IMG/VR virus record: IMGVR_UViG_3300044675_004870
Location: 1 to 30,409 of that record
Origin: a virus
DNA length: 30,409 bases
Strand: one strand, 5' to 3'
This document shows, piece after piece, positions 15,828 to 24,119 of the stretch. Made by a program: the position numbers and the translations under genes. Numbering within the stretch: the stretch's first letter is position 1; every line of letters begins with the position of its first letter. Under the pieces are notes generated by a model that saw nothing but the letters and a program-made list of their open reading frames with translations, did no database searches and was not told the DNA's origin.

Positions 15828-17302
15828 TAGGTATTTTGTATTTTCTCTGTTAAGGTTACGTCTACGTCAAATGTAGCTTGAGTCACTTTGTTTTGTCTTA
15901 CATTCTTAGAAGTGTAAGAAGCTTGCTTCACATTCACTTGGTAAGGGAAGTCATCATCAAACGCTGCACCTGTATGTATGTATGCTAGAACTTGGGGTGA
16001 CTTTAACAAACCTTCGAGTAAGTCTACTTGTTCTTGACTCAACCAATCAGTTGAGATCTTGTAACTAGTAGTTACTTCTTTGTTGTAGAGTTTGTCACCA
16101 CCTAAAGTTGCTAAGTTGGCTACTGGTTCTGCTTGCAAAGTTTGAACTGGCGAAGAACCTGACCAATTCATCTCTTCTTGTGTGTACTTCTCTGCAGTTG
16201 CTGATACACTTTTCTCAGTCAACATTGTAAAGTTCATGTAGTCTCTACCACCTAAGGTATTCAACCATGATAAACGCACTCGAGGATACAGGGTCGTATC
16301 GCAATATTCTTGTATATTGATTACTACTTTTTCAGTAATAGCTGCACCGAACGTACAACCTGTGCCTTTGGTGAAGCCTTGAATTTCTAGTACACCACCA
16401 ACTGGTGCAGTAGTTGCTAGGGCTTGCGCAACATCGTTAGGCGAAGCTAAAACATGTAGCAATCCATACTGTGAATCAATTTGTGCAGCTACAGCATCAC
16501 CACAGTTTAGTCTTGGACCAGATCCAGTGACTGAAGTAACTACAACATCACTCGTATAAACTGTTGCGCCAGCAGAGTTTTTAAATGTGTATCTAAAACC
16601 ATAGATAGTACGCTTGTTAGCATCGTTGTTATAAGGTGACCAGTTGATAAAGCTAAGAACCATTTTGTCAAATGCATAGAGATCTTGCTCGAGCTCATTC
16701 CACATCAATGGATAAGCCAAACGAGTAAGAGTCGTTGCCAAACCATGATCATAGACTCTATTAGTGATAGGATCTACGCCATAAGCTCCAGACAACATGT
16801 AATAGTTACTCATTGCATATTGTTGTCTTCTATAATCTACTGTTGAAGGCCAAACATGCACTGGTACGTTAGCCAAAGCTGTAACACCAGAATAAATTGC
16901 ATATTGTGGAGCTCCAACAGCTTGTGTTACACCATTGTAGATTTGACTAACACCACCAGTAGTATACTCTTCACCTACTCTGATGTAAAAATTAGCACTC
17001 AAATCGCCATTACTTTGGAACAATCTACCTAAAGTGTAGTTGATTGTGGTTTCACCTTGTGTCAAAGGACCATTTGGGTTTGTATCGATGAGGTAACCTT
17101 GTGCCACAGTCGAAATATCAAACATACCATAGCCCGCTGGGTTTGGTCTCTGCTTAAATCTTAGAATAAAGACACCATCTTTGTACAGATCAATCACATA
17201 TTTGAAGTCTGTCTGTAAGATTTGGTTACTGTAAAACGTCCAAATGATGGGATTGTAAGCGCCCGCTTGGTACGATGGTTTGTATGTTACTGAGGTAATC
17301 AT
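15827..17302 (-). CDS. Virion (tail) structural protein, function unknown
   Basis: 491-aa ORF, translationally coupled on both sides (ATGA at 17299-17302, TAATG at 15827). Confidence 0.6.
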   Translation of the reverse strand: MITSVTYKPSYQAGAYNPIIWTFYSNQILQTDFKYVIDLYKDGVFILRFKQRPNPAGYGMFDISTVAQGYLIDTNPNGPLTQGETTINYTLGRLFQSNGDLSANFYIRVGEEYTTGGVSQIYNGVTQAVGAPQYAIYSGVTALANVPVHVWPSTVDYRRQQYAMSNYYMLSGAYGVDPITNRVYDHGLATTLTRLAYPLMWNELEQDLYAFDKMVLSFINWSPYNNDANKRTIYGFRYTFKNSAGATVYTSDVVVTSVTGSGPRLNCGDAVAAQIDSQYGLLHVLASPNDVAQALATTAPVGGVLEIQGFTKGTGCTFGAAITEKVVINIQEYCDTTLYPRVRLSWLNTLGGRDYMNFTMLTEKSVSATAEKYTQEEMNWSGSSPVQTLQAEPVANLATLGGDKLYNKEVTTSYKISTDWLSQEQVDLLEGLLKSPQVLAYIHTGAAFDDDFPYQVNVKQASYTSKNVRQNKVTQATFDVDVTLTEKIQNT

Positions 17303-18120
17303 TTTACTGGTTGTTTTTTATCTTTTTTGGTACTTAGCCATGATTTTATCGTGTTCCAACTTCTCTTTGCGGGCTTTGTCTTTGGATCGAGCGAGAAAGT
17401 TGAAGGCATTGACTGCGCTAACTCTTGTAATCTCGTCAAGCTTTGTAATGTCGTCATTTGCCAAGAAGCAGAAGGTGTTGTACCACCCTCGAGCAGCTCT
17501 AATGTGATCTGCTTCGTCAGGCTTATTAGCTCTTCCTGTTCCTTCGTCATCTCCTCCGTCGTCGTCAAAGAGTCCAACATAGCTTCGATAGAGAACTTTT
17601 TGATTTGCAAAAAAAAATTAAGTGCACCAAAGACGTATGCAATAGGCATTTGTAAGAATTCTTTGGCTCTTTCCTCTACTGTGTTAGCATCATAAGGCTC
17701 AACAATTACCCAATTGTCAGTGATGTCGAGTGCAGGTCTGTAAAGTACAGCCATCATTTTGTGTAGCATTTGGTCCTTACGAGGATCCTTAGACAAAACA
17801 TCCATATCAGCAATTTCGCCAATAGTGATGTTCTTAATGTCTGTAAAGCCATACATTTTGTCTTTTAGACCAAAGTATTTGTGAAATGGTAGTGTATCGT
17901 TAAGATCCAAAGGTCCATTCACCAATTCAGACCATAAGACAGCAAACTCTACGTTATCTAGTTGTTTTAAGTGATCTGTGGGACAACCACTCAACTTAGA
18001 CACTATTTCCAGTTTGTTAGTTGCACTCGTGCTGACCAGCAGCGTGTGGATGTCATAGTAATTTTGGATCGTAATCTGATCGATCGTGTACTTATTACCT
18101 TTTAGTTTAAATTCTATCAT
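17299..18120 (-). CDS. Hypothetical morphogenesis protein, possibly chaperone-like
   Basis: 273-aa ORF with ATGA overlap to the upstream gene. The C-terminus is basic. No firm motif. Confidence 0.5.
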   Translation of the reverse strand: MIEFKLKGNKYTIDQITIQNYYDIHTLLVSTSATNKLEIVSKLSGCPTDHLKQLDNVEFAVLWSELVNGPLDLNDTLPFHKYFGLKDKMYGFTDIKNITIGEIADMDVLSKDPRKDQMLHKMMAVLYRPALDITDNWVIVEPYDANTVEERAKEFLQMPIAYVFGALNFFLQIKKFSIEAMLDSLTTTEEMTKEQEELISLTKQITLELLEGGTTPSASWQMTTLQSLTRLQELAQSMPSTFSLDPKTKPAKRSWNTIKSWLSTKKDKKQPVK

Positions 18121-18563
18121 GCTCTTCTAATTCCAATTTCAATTAATTTGTCAATAAAGACTTCCATGCTTTCGCCAAATTCATCAGCTAACATGGTCTC
18201 ATAGTCTTGTTGTTGTGTACGTAATGAAAGCCAATTTTGTGGCCTAATACCTCTGCGTCCTTGTCTGTAACCACTCCATGGTTCTCTGTCAAATATATTC
18301 AATTCATTTTGCTCGCGCCAGTTTGAGAATTGTCTCGTTCCAAAAGCTGTGTAGTTACCATAGAACGGGTAAGTCAAGAAGATGGCCCAATTGCCATCAG
18401 CATCCTTACGTGCTTCAACTGCTAATCTACTCTTTAGATTTCCAGTGGCATAAGGATTTTGACCACGTTGTGGTACTTGTCTGCGCAAATCGGCACTCAT
18501 TTTACGAGCTACCTTTTGCATCATCTTTCTTAGCTCAACATCTAGTTCTCTCGCTGTGCTCAT
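18117..18563 (-). CDS. Hypothetical head-tail joining protein, weakly HK97 gp10-like
   Basis: 148-aa ORF. Its N-terminal pattern (...KVARKMSADLRRQVP...TGNLKSRL...) recalls gp10-type proteins. TAATG coupling at 18563. Confidence 0.35.
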   Translation of the reverse strand: MSTARELDVELRKMMQKVARKMSADLRRQVPQRGQNPYATGNLKSRLAVEARKDADGNWAIFLTYPFYGNYTAFGTRQFSNWREQNELNIFDREPWSGYRQGRRGIRPQNWLSLRTQQQDYETMLADEFGESMEVFIDKLIEIGIRRA

Positions 18564-19042
18564 TAGTTACCTCCGAATTGAATTGGGTTATTACACTGAT
18601 CAAATGGTGATTTAGCCTCGATTTGTACTTGTGCTGTCCAACCTGCAACTGAGTTATTGAAACCCATTACAAATGGTGTTGCAGTAACTGGTAGAATCAT
18701 GTTATAGTTGACGTCTTTCCATGTAGTCATAGTGTAAGCAGCTAAGATGTCTCTTAAAATTTCCATGGTTGAGTTGTGTACCTTAGCCTCTAGATCTAGT
18801 GAATCTTTAGCCAAATCCATAACGATGATGTCGAAGTCAAACATAGTTGAACGACCATCTAATGTAGCTGGTTGAGGTACCATCATGACATAGGGGTACT
18901 TCGCAGATACTGGTTGTTCCTTAGTTGGAATCTCAATCATGTTAGCAGGACCTACTCTAAAAGTTTCAATCGCTGGATGATTAGAACAAATATCTCTCAT
19001 TTGCTTAATGACATCCGAATATGTTTGTGCGATAATTGCCAT
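18563..19042 (-). CDS. Hypothetical structural-module protein
   Basis: 159-aa ORF directly downstream of promoter-like motif P2. Confidence 0.55.
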   Translation of the reverse strand: MAIIAQTYSDVIKQMRDICSNHPAIETFRVGPANMIEIPTKEQPVSAKYPYVMMVPQPATLDGRSTMFDFDIIVMDLAKDSLDLEAKVHNSTMEILRDILAAYTMTTWKDVNYNMILPVTATPFVMGFNNSVAGWTAQVQIEAKSPFDQCNNPIQFGGN

Positions 19043-19048
19043 TGCTTT

Positions 19049-19087
19049 GTCTTTTTCTTTAAATATTTTGGTTTACGTTTTTGAACT
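19049..19087 (-). promoter_or_regulatory. Promoter-like motif copy P2 (AGTTCA-N14-AATATTTAAAGAAAAAGAC)
   Basis: 19049-19067 is identical to 4119-4137. The spacer aaaacgtaaaccaa nearly matches P3's aaaacgcaaactaa. The box tgaact is at 19082-19087. Confidence 0.5.
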
Positions 19088-19089
19088 AC

Positions 19090-20313
19090 TTAATCTGGCA
19101 TGAACTTAGTGGTCTTTCTAAAGAAAGCATAGTTAGCAGCTTTATCTAGTGACAGAGCGTACCTGATTGCATCCATTGCGTGGTTATTTGCATCTATTGG
19201 TTTGTCTGTGTCAGCTTTCCAACAGTAGACTGAGTACTCATCTAAAATGTCTTTGGAATTAGGGTGCACAAAGACCTCATATTGCTTGATCTTGTCAATA
19301 CCAGTTCTAATTGAGTCAGGACCTTTATACGCGGGTTCAATCTTCCAACCCTTTCTCTTAAGTTCTTCTATGGATTTAGGTTCTGCTGAATCTGCGATGA
19401 TCTGTGCATTCTTGGGTACACCTAATTTGACCATTCGTTGGTGTATGTCCTCGTTAGTTAAGTTTGTCTCATAGATTATCTGTTCAACCCACATTTTGCC
19501 ATTGTGTTTGCAAACTTTTACTAACGCTGCTGGATCTGATGCAAAACCAAAGTCAAGACCATAAGTAGTGTCCACTCCCGGCGGGGCAATGCCACTTTGC
19601 CAATCAGAGAAGATCTTACCAACAATACCCTCGGTCCAAGCGCCCATTATGTGGTGATCGTAGTACTCAGGATCCAAGTCTTTCATGCGTTCCCATTCTG
19701 CGATTTTCTTAGCATCTAAGTTATGAGCATTGATGTGGTAAGTGGTGTGAATAAACTCGTGGTCTATAAACCATTTTGGGTTTGGTTGGCCATCGATGTA
19801 CCAGCGTTTGTGGATCCAGTGTCTTTTAGTCGTAGGGTTGAATAAGATAAAGATCTTACGCTCTACATCTTTGGTACGAAACGAGTCATTCAGTTTGATA
19901 AACTCTTCTTCTGATGGTAACTCTGTGGCCTCGTCAATCAATAAGTGGGTTACTTTAGCAAGACCTTTACCTTTTGCTTGCATTGTCCCGTCGGCAAGCT
20001 TCATGGCGTGTGTGATTATCATGTTGCCATTCAACTTGTTAGTGATCTCATCACCATCGATCTTTAAGAAGTTCTTGATGCTCCATTGTTCAGCAAGATC
20101 CAAGATGTCCCTATAGATTGAGGATTTGATTGACTTTTGAGTATAACGAGCAACGACTCCTCGAAAGAAGTCATCGCCCATTAGTTTGATCAAGAAATAT
20201 GCAGCTGCTTGAGTTGACTTACCACTACCTCGCCCGCCGGAGATCAGGTAATAAGTCTTGTCTGAGTAGAACAATGGACCATAAGCTGGCAATACCTTGA
20301 ACTCTTTATCCAC
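19090..20313 (-). CDS. terL: Terminase large subunit (PBSX / Terminase_3-like)
   Basis: 407 aa. Walker A ISGGRGSGKST, Walker B-like HLLIDEATE, and nuclease-domain motifs YGLDFGFASDPAA, IADSAEPKSIEEL and HAMDAIRYAL. Confidence 0.9.
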   Translation of the reverse strand: MDKEFKVLPAYGPLFYSDKTYYLISGGRGSGKSTQAAAYFLIKLMGDDFFRGVVARYTQKSIKSSIYRDILDLAEQWSIKNFLKIDGDEITNKLNGNMIITHAMKLADGTMQAKGKGLAKVTHLLIDEATELPSEEEFIKLNDSFRTKDVERKIFILFNPTTKRHWIHKRWYIDGQPNPKWFIDHEFIHTTYHINAHNLDAKKIAEWERMKDLDPEYYDHHIMGAWTEGIVGKIFSDWQSGIAPPGVDTTYGLDFGFASDPAALVKVCKHNGKMWVEQIIYETNLTNEDIHQRMVKLGVPKNAQIIADSAEPKSIEELKRKGWKIEPAYKGPDSIRTGIDKIKQYEVFVHPNSKDILDEYSVYCWKADTDKPIDANNHAMDAIRYALSLDKAANYAFFRKTTKFMPD

Positions 20314-20515
20314 GCTTAATGTTTCTGATTTCTTTTTTCAGTCTTGTGATTACTGCATTTAAACAAGCACCACAACCATTAGGTCTTCTGTTCTCATTGG
20401 TGATGGCGTTGTAAACTGAGTACATTTCTGCAGTCTCGGCGGGAGCATAAGCTTTAGGTGTAGCCAAAATTGGCTCTAATAGCATGAGTCTGATAGTGAT
20501 TTCGTCTTGTGTCAT
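20306..20515 (-). CDS. Small hypothetical protein
   Basis: 69-aa ORF. Its ATG overlaps the upstream stop (TAATG at 20515), and it overlaps the terL start by 8 nt. Confidence 0.55.
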   Translation of the reverse strand: MTQDEITIRLMLLEPILATPKAYAPAETAEMYSVYNAITNENRRPNGCGACLNAVITRLKKEIRNIKRG

Positions 20516-20781
20516 TAGTAGTTAATTATCTTTTCTAAAATTAGTGTAATAGCGCCTGAGGCAAACATAAAGGGTATAGCTAACCAACCATACCCCAAAT
20601 ATAAGCCGACCAATAAAACGGTCCATTGACTTGCACAAAAGCTACAATTAAACGGCTTTCTTTCTACGTTTAGGTTTGTCAGTATCGATAGGACTTTCAG
20701 TAACTTCAGATACACTTGGTTGTGCATCAGACTCGTCCACGCGAGACTCGATAGCAGGCTCAATAGCAATAGTGTGTTCAT
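20515..20781 (-). CDS. Small CxxC membrane protein; start uncertain (alternative ATG at 20727)
   Basis: The C-terminal part KPFNCSFCASQWTVLLVGLYLGYGWLAIPFMFASGAITLILEKIINY looks genuine. The first 134 nt overlap ORF 20648..21055 out of frame and use atypical Leu codons (CTA/CTG). Confidence 0.5.
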   Translation of the reverse strand: MNTLLLLSLLSSLAWTSLMHNQVYLKLLKVLSILTNLNVERKPFNCSFCASQWTVLLVGLYLGYGWLAIPFMFASGAITLILEKIINY

Positions 20782-21055
20782 TTTCTTCTAATCTTGATTC
20801 AATTTGTGGTTCTTCAGTAACGTCTGTGTGCTCTACGTCTACAATGTTCTTTTCTTCTTGTAAGAAATCGTATAGGAATTGACCACCTTCTAGTAGTTCT
20901 ACTTGGACATCAGCGCCAATTTGTAGTTTCTCTTTCCAGTAAGAGACGTTTCTTTTGAATCTTTCTAAGTCTGATGTAAAGACTCTGTCTAGTGTTTCAA
21001 ACTTCCAGGTTACCTTTTTGTTTGAAGCAGCTTTGTTAATGATGTTAAATGCCAT
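20648..21055 (-). CDS. Acidic hypothetical protein with a basic C-terminal tail
   Basis: 135-aa ORF. T-rich third codon positions persist through the overlap region, which supports this frame. Confidence 0.6.
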   Translation of the reverse strand: MAFNIINKAASNKKVTWKFETLDRVFTSDLERFKRNVSYWKEKLQIGADVQVELLEGGQFLYDFLQEEKNIVDVEHTDVTEEPQIESRLEENEHTIAIEPAIESRVDESDAQPSVSEVTESPIDTDKPKRRKKAV

Positions 21056-21058
21056 GGT

Positions 21059-21529
21059 TTATATATGTTTTTTTAAGAATTTGCGAACTCGGTTAATTGT
21101 CAAGGAGATAGATGTTCGCGGGATCCCAGTCTCTCTTGATAAGCTTGAATATGTATGTTGCCCGTCGGCGAATAGTTTAAATAACTCTCTGTCGTACCAG
21201 TTTAGTTGGTCTAGTAAGCCATTTACCTTTTTAAAGTCAAAAGCTTCTTCTGTTTCAATTGGTTTGTCGTAAGTATCTACGTCCTCGTGTTGGCGCACAA
21301 ACTGTTTATAGAATGGACCTGTCTGTGAGCGCCATTGAGTACTCATAATACAGACACAATAGAACCTTGCCCCGCCGGAGGCCAAAATAGCCTGCAAGTT
21401 TTCTTTATGGCTCATTTGCTCGATGGCATAGTGCAACAAATCTACAGCCAACTCGTTATGACCTGTGATTTTATTTGCTGCGTCCATAAGGGCTTTATAA
21501 TCTTCTTTTAAGTACTGATCGAATGTCAA
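21059..21529 (-). CDS. Phage-encoded RNA polymerase sigma factor (sigma-70 family, ECF-like two-domain)
   Basis: 156 aa (TTG start in the track; an internal ATG 14 codons later is possible). Region-2-like ...ITGHNELAVDLLHYAIEQM... and a region-4 HTH LNWYDRELFKLFADGQHTYSSLSRETGIPRTSISLTINRVRKFLKK. Confidence 0.7.
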   Translation of the reverse strand: MTFDQYLKEDYKALMDAANKITGHNELAVDLLHYAIEQMSHKENLQAILASGGARFYCVCIMSTQWRSQTGPFYKQFVRQHEDVDTYDKPIETEEAFDFKKVNGLLDQLNWYDRELFKLFADGQHTYSSLSRETGIPRTSISLTINRVRKFLKKHI

Positions 21530-21553
21530 AATTGGCCGTAGTGTTTTTAAATG

Positions 21554-21583
21554 AAAAAGGCGACACTCTATGTATCGCCTTTT
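21554..21583 (-). terminator. Rho-independent terminator or attenuator immediately upstream of the sigma-factor gene
   Basis: 8-bp stem 21559-21566/21572-21579 with a 5-nt loop. One position is G.U only on minus-strand RNA. A U5 tract follows on the minus strand (A-run 21554-21558). Confidence 0.6.
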
Positions 21584-21599
21584 CTTGGAAGCACTTGGA

Positions 21600-21887
21600 T
21601 CAATCTTCCTTTGGAGGTAAGACGATCTTTAGCGGGTTGTCTATCGTGACATCTGTCTCAGTCTTCTTTGGAATAACAAACGGACTTAGTTTAATGAGAA
21701 AATCAAGTGCTCCTTTTGGATCCGTTTCTGCAACCCTATTTAACCAACCTTGGATATTCTCCAAGTTGCCTTCCACTAGATTAGTGTAGGCTCTTTTAAT
21801 TTGTTCTGTGGACTTATTGGTGGATCCAGACTTACGCCCGTTAGGGTTACCGCTTACACCATTGCCCCAATTAGGATTTCCTGCCAT
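21600..21887 (-). CDS. Hypothetical DNA-binding protein or terminase small subunit candidate
   Basis: 95 aa. The N-terminal GNPNWGNGVSGNPNGRKSGSTNK and ...DPKGALDFLIKLSPFVIPKK recall small-terminase/DUF5681-type proteins, from memory only. Confidence 0.3.
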   Translation of the reverse strand: MAGNPNWGNGVSGNPNGRKSGSTNKSTEQIKRAYTNLVEGNLENIQGWLNRVAETDPKGALDFLIKLSPFVIPKKTETDVTIDNPLKIVLPPKED

Positions 21888-21993
21888 CTTTTTTCAGTTT
21901 AATTAAGTACTGTTGCAAAAGTTTTGCATTCTCTGCTGTTTTGGGATACTCCCTTGACAGCTTTACAGTTTTATTTATAGATTTATCGCTCAT
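21871..21993 (-). CDS. Possible 40-aa basic ORF, not in the ORF track
   Basis: ATG at 21993. Translation MSDKSINKTVKLSREYPKTAENAKLLQQYLIKLKKDGRKS. It fills the gap between 22014 and 21887 and overlaps the next start by 17 nt. Confidence 0.25.
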   Translation of the reverse strand: MSDKSINKTVKLSREYPKTAENAKLLQQYLIKLKKDGRKS

Positions 21994-22013
21994 AGTGTAA
22001 AAGTGTGCCAGAA

Positions 22014-22658
22014 TTAATTGGTGCTCCAGTCGCCACAGCCATAACAAGTATCATCGATACCATTATTGTTGCTACCTGCCCAATTAGGTCTCGTTCCGTT
22101 ACCGTAAGGATAGTTCTTGTATTTTCTGTAGTTAAAGTATTTTGAGTTGGTTTGTAGGCCACTGAAGTAAGGTGTCTTTCTATCAGGAGCTTGACCATCT
22201 TGTGTACTGTAGCTCGCGTACGCTGGATATTGTGATAAGTTGTTAACTAAGTAAACTTGCATTTGATCCACGTAAGACTCAGCGACTTCTCTTACTTGTG
22301 CTTGTAAGAACTTAAGCTCGTTTAATTCAATTGAGCTGGCGTTCTCTTGGTTAGGCGAGAGCACTGATTTGTTGAAGATCTTGTACTTCAAAAATGGTAA
22401 TGCGTGGTACATTGCATAGTTAACTAGGATTGGACCAATAAAGTTGTCCAATAGAGTCTTATTAGGAATCGAAATGGCTCCTGCTAAGATCTGATCCTTA
22501 AGTTGCTTGTAGAATGTCATACCTAAATAGTTCATTAAGTAAATGTCTTGCGCTTGCAACACATAAGGAGTCAAATCTTCTGGAGACACTGACTCATGGA
22601 TTGAAGTATAGCTCTTAAGCTTTTCTTCAGAAATAAAGAGGACGTTGTAAGCTGGCAT
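22014..22658 (-). CDS. Hypothetical protein, possibly a head-tail connector (gp6-like)
   Basis: 214 aa. The N-terminal pattern ISEEKLKSYTSIHESVSPEDLTPYVLQAQDIYLMNYLG resembles gp6-like connector N-termini. TAATG coupling to the portal gene. Confidence 0.35.
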   Translation of the reverse strand: MPAYNVLFISEEKLKSYTSIHESVSPEDLTPYVLQAQDIYLMNYLGMTFYKQLKDQILAGAISIPNKTLLDNFIGPILVNYAMYHALPFLKYKIFNKSVLSPNQENASSIELNELKFLQAQVREVAESYVDQMQVYLVNNLSQYPAYASYSTQDGQAPDRKTPYFSGLQTNSKYFNYRKYKNYPYGNGTRPNWAGSNNNGIDDTCYGCGDWSTN

Positions 22659-23806
22659 TATTCTACGGCGGTTGTATTTTCTAGTGCTTCGATAATCTTG
22701 TTAGGCTCAATGTAAAGTTCCACGTCTTTGTGGCCCATATCGTACATTAAGTTGTTAAAGATCTTCAGCAATTGTTTTTGAATTGGTTTGATCACTGTTG
22801 CGGTAAAGTGTGCATAAGCAGTCTCTATCTCGTCTTTGTTACTACCTAAACCTGTGCCTCCTTGGTGGTACAAACCTAACAAAAGAGGTGAAGTAATTCT
22901 GTGAGCTGATAAGATTCTTGATGTGATTCTTTCCTCAATAGTTACGTATATTGTGTCATTAGCTGCTTGAATTGGAGTAATTTCTGGCGCGTGCTCTTTG
23001 TCATCACTAAATGCAATAAACGCCTTTCCACTATTCTCAGATCCTCTAAAAGCCATGGTAAGCTCATCATAGATTTCCTCTCTTGCTTCAGGATCAGGGA
23101 TACCATTGTTCAAAGAGATGAATAGTCCAGGAAACATTCCATTGGCGAGCGTAGATAAGTGTAACTTACTGACTTCCACGTCAATTTGGATATCGTTAAG
23201 ACCACCTGCATAAGAAGGTAGTGGATAGAACAAATTACCTGGTTCGTAGTCAAAGAAGTACATGACTTGTGATGGGTGATCTAAGCTTCTCGCTGGATCG
23301 TACGCACAATACTCAATTGGTCTAAACTTTCTGTATTGACCCCAATCTGATGAGTAGTAGTAATACTCTGGTTTGTCTAAGTCTGCAACCCAAATGCCTG
23401 AACGAACTTTGGTGAAGTCCATGTGGTATGCTTCTGCAATAGTTTCGCCATCGTTAGACCAAATAGGGTTCATTGATAAACCACCAAATGTGATGTAGTC
23501 TAAGGCCACTTTCTCAAACACGTCATTCCATGATTCGTACTTATTGATTCTCTTAAGTAAGTACTCGTGTTCTGGGTTAACTGTGCGCAAACCTTGACCA
23601 ATAACTCCGTCTAATTTTGATTGGATCGCCGTGCGGTTCATTGCACTCTTGTTAAATAGGCCTGCGATAAACTGAGGATATAGGTTATCTTCTCCGTACA
23701 TGATCCACTTTTTACCGACCAATTCTACAAAGGTAGGCAAGTTTACTTCGATCCTGTCTACGTTGAACGAGAAGAAGTTTTTATCTTGTGATTTCTTATC
23801 TGACAT
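22658..23806 (-). CDS. Portal protein
   Basis: 382 aa. The N-terminal region (...GEDNLYPQFIAGLFNKSAMNRTAIQSKLDGVIGQGL...) is typical of portal proteins. First gene after promoter-like motif P3. Confidence 0.6.
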   Translation of the reverse strand: MSDKKSQDKNFFSFNVDRIEVNLPTFVELVGKKWIMYGEDNLYPQFIAGLFNKSAMNRTAIQSKLDGVIGQGLRTVNPEHEYLLKRINKYESWNDVFEKVALDYITFGGLSMNPIWSNDGETIAEAYHMDFTKVRSGIWVADLDKPEYYYYSSDWGQYRKFRPIEYCAYDPARSLDHPSQVMYFFDYEPGNLFYPLPSYAGGLNDIQIDVEVSKLHLSTLANGMFPGLFISLNNGIPDPEAREEIYDELTMAFRGSENSGKAFIAFSDDKEHAPEITPIQAANDTIYVTIEERITSRILSAHRITSPLLLGLYHQGGTGLGSNKDEIETAYAHFTATVIKPIQKQLLKIFNNLMYDMGHKDVELYIEPNKIIEALENTTAVE

Positions 23807-23822
23807 AATTTAGTCGATGTTT

Positions 23823-23858
23823 CTTTTTCTTAAATATATTAGTTTGCGTTTTTGACAT
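23823..23858 (-). promoter_or_regulatory. Promoter-like motif copy P3 (ATGTCA-N15-ATATTTAAGAAAAAG)
   Basis: ctttttcttaaatat at 23823-23837 and tgacat at 23853-23858. It lies 26 nt upstream of the portal ATG. Confidence 0.45.
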
Positions 23859-24119
23859 TCAATCTAAGTGGATGCCATGTCTCTTCGCCAAATCTATAGT
23901 TACTTGTGCTAATTCGTACTCTTCTAGTTCTACATATCGATCGACCAACATCTGCATTGCTTCTTCAAAGGTGACATCTGCACTAGGAAAGTCTTCCATA
24001 AACTCATCGTACCATCTGACAAAGTTTTTGGCCATGTGGTCTTGTAGGTTTTCTTTCGCGACATTATCCATCTCGAAGTACTTACATACCACCTTTCCTA
24101 TGTAGTCCTCAAATTGCAT
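23859..24119 (-). CDS. Small acidic hypothetical protein
   Basis: 86-aa ORF abutting the upstream stop (TGA then ATG at 24120/24119). Confidence 0.6.
   Translation of the reverse strand: MQFEDYIGKVVCKYFEMDNVAKENLQDHMAKNFVRWYDEFMEDFPSADVTFEEAMQMLVDRYVELEEYELAQVTIDLAKRHGIHLD

Noticed and set aside
21056-21100. Weaker matches to the six-copy motif (here, and at 25281-25343 and 27873-27959)
   Set aside because: They contain ATATTTA/ATATATAA-like boxes and a nearby TCA/TTCG box. The spacing differs by 2-3 nt from the six consistent copies, so I did not count them.
21983-22198. 71-aa ORF overlapping the 3' end of 22014..22658
   Set aside because: It lies almost entirely inside a longer, better-supported ORF in another frame. 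The gap downstream is better explained by the 40-aa ORF 21871..21993.
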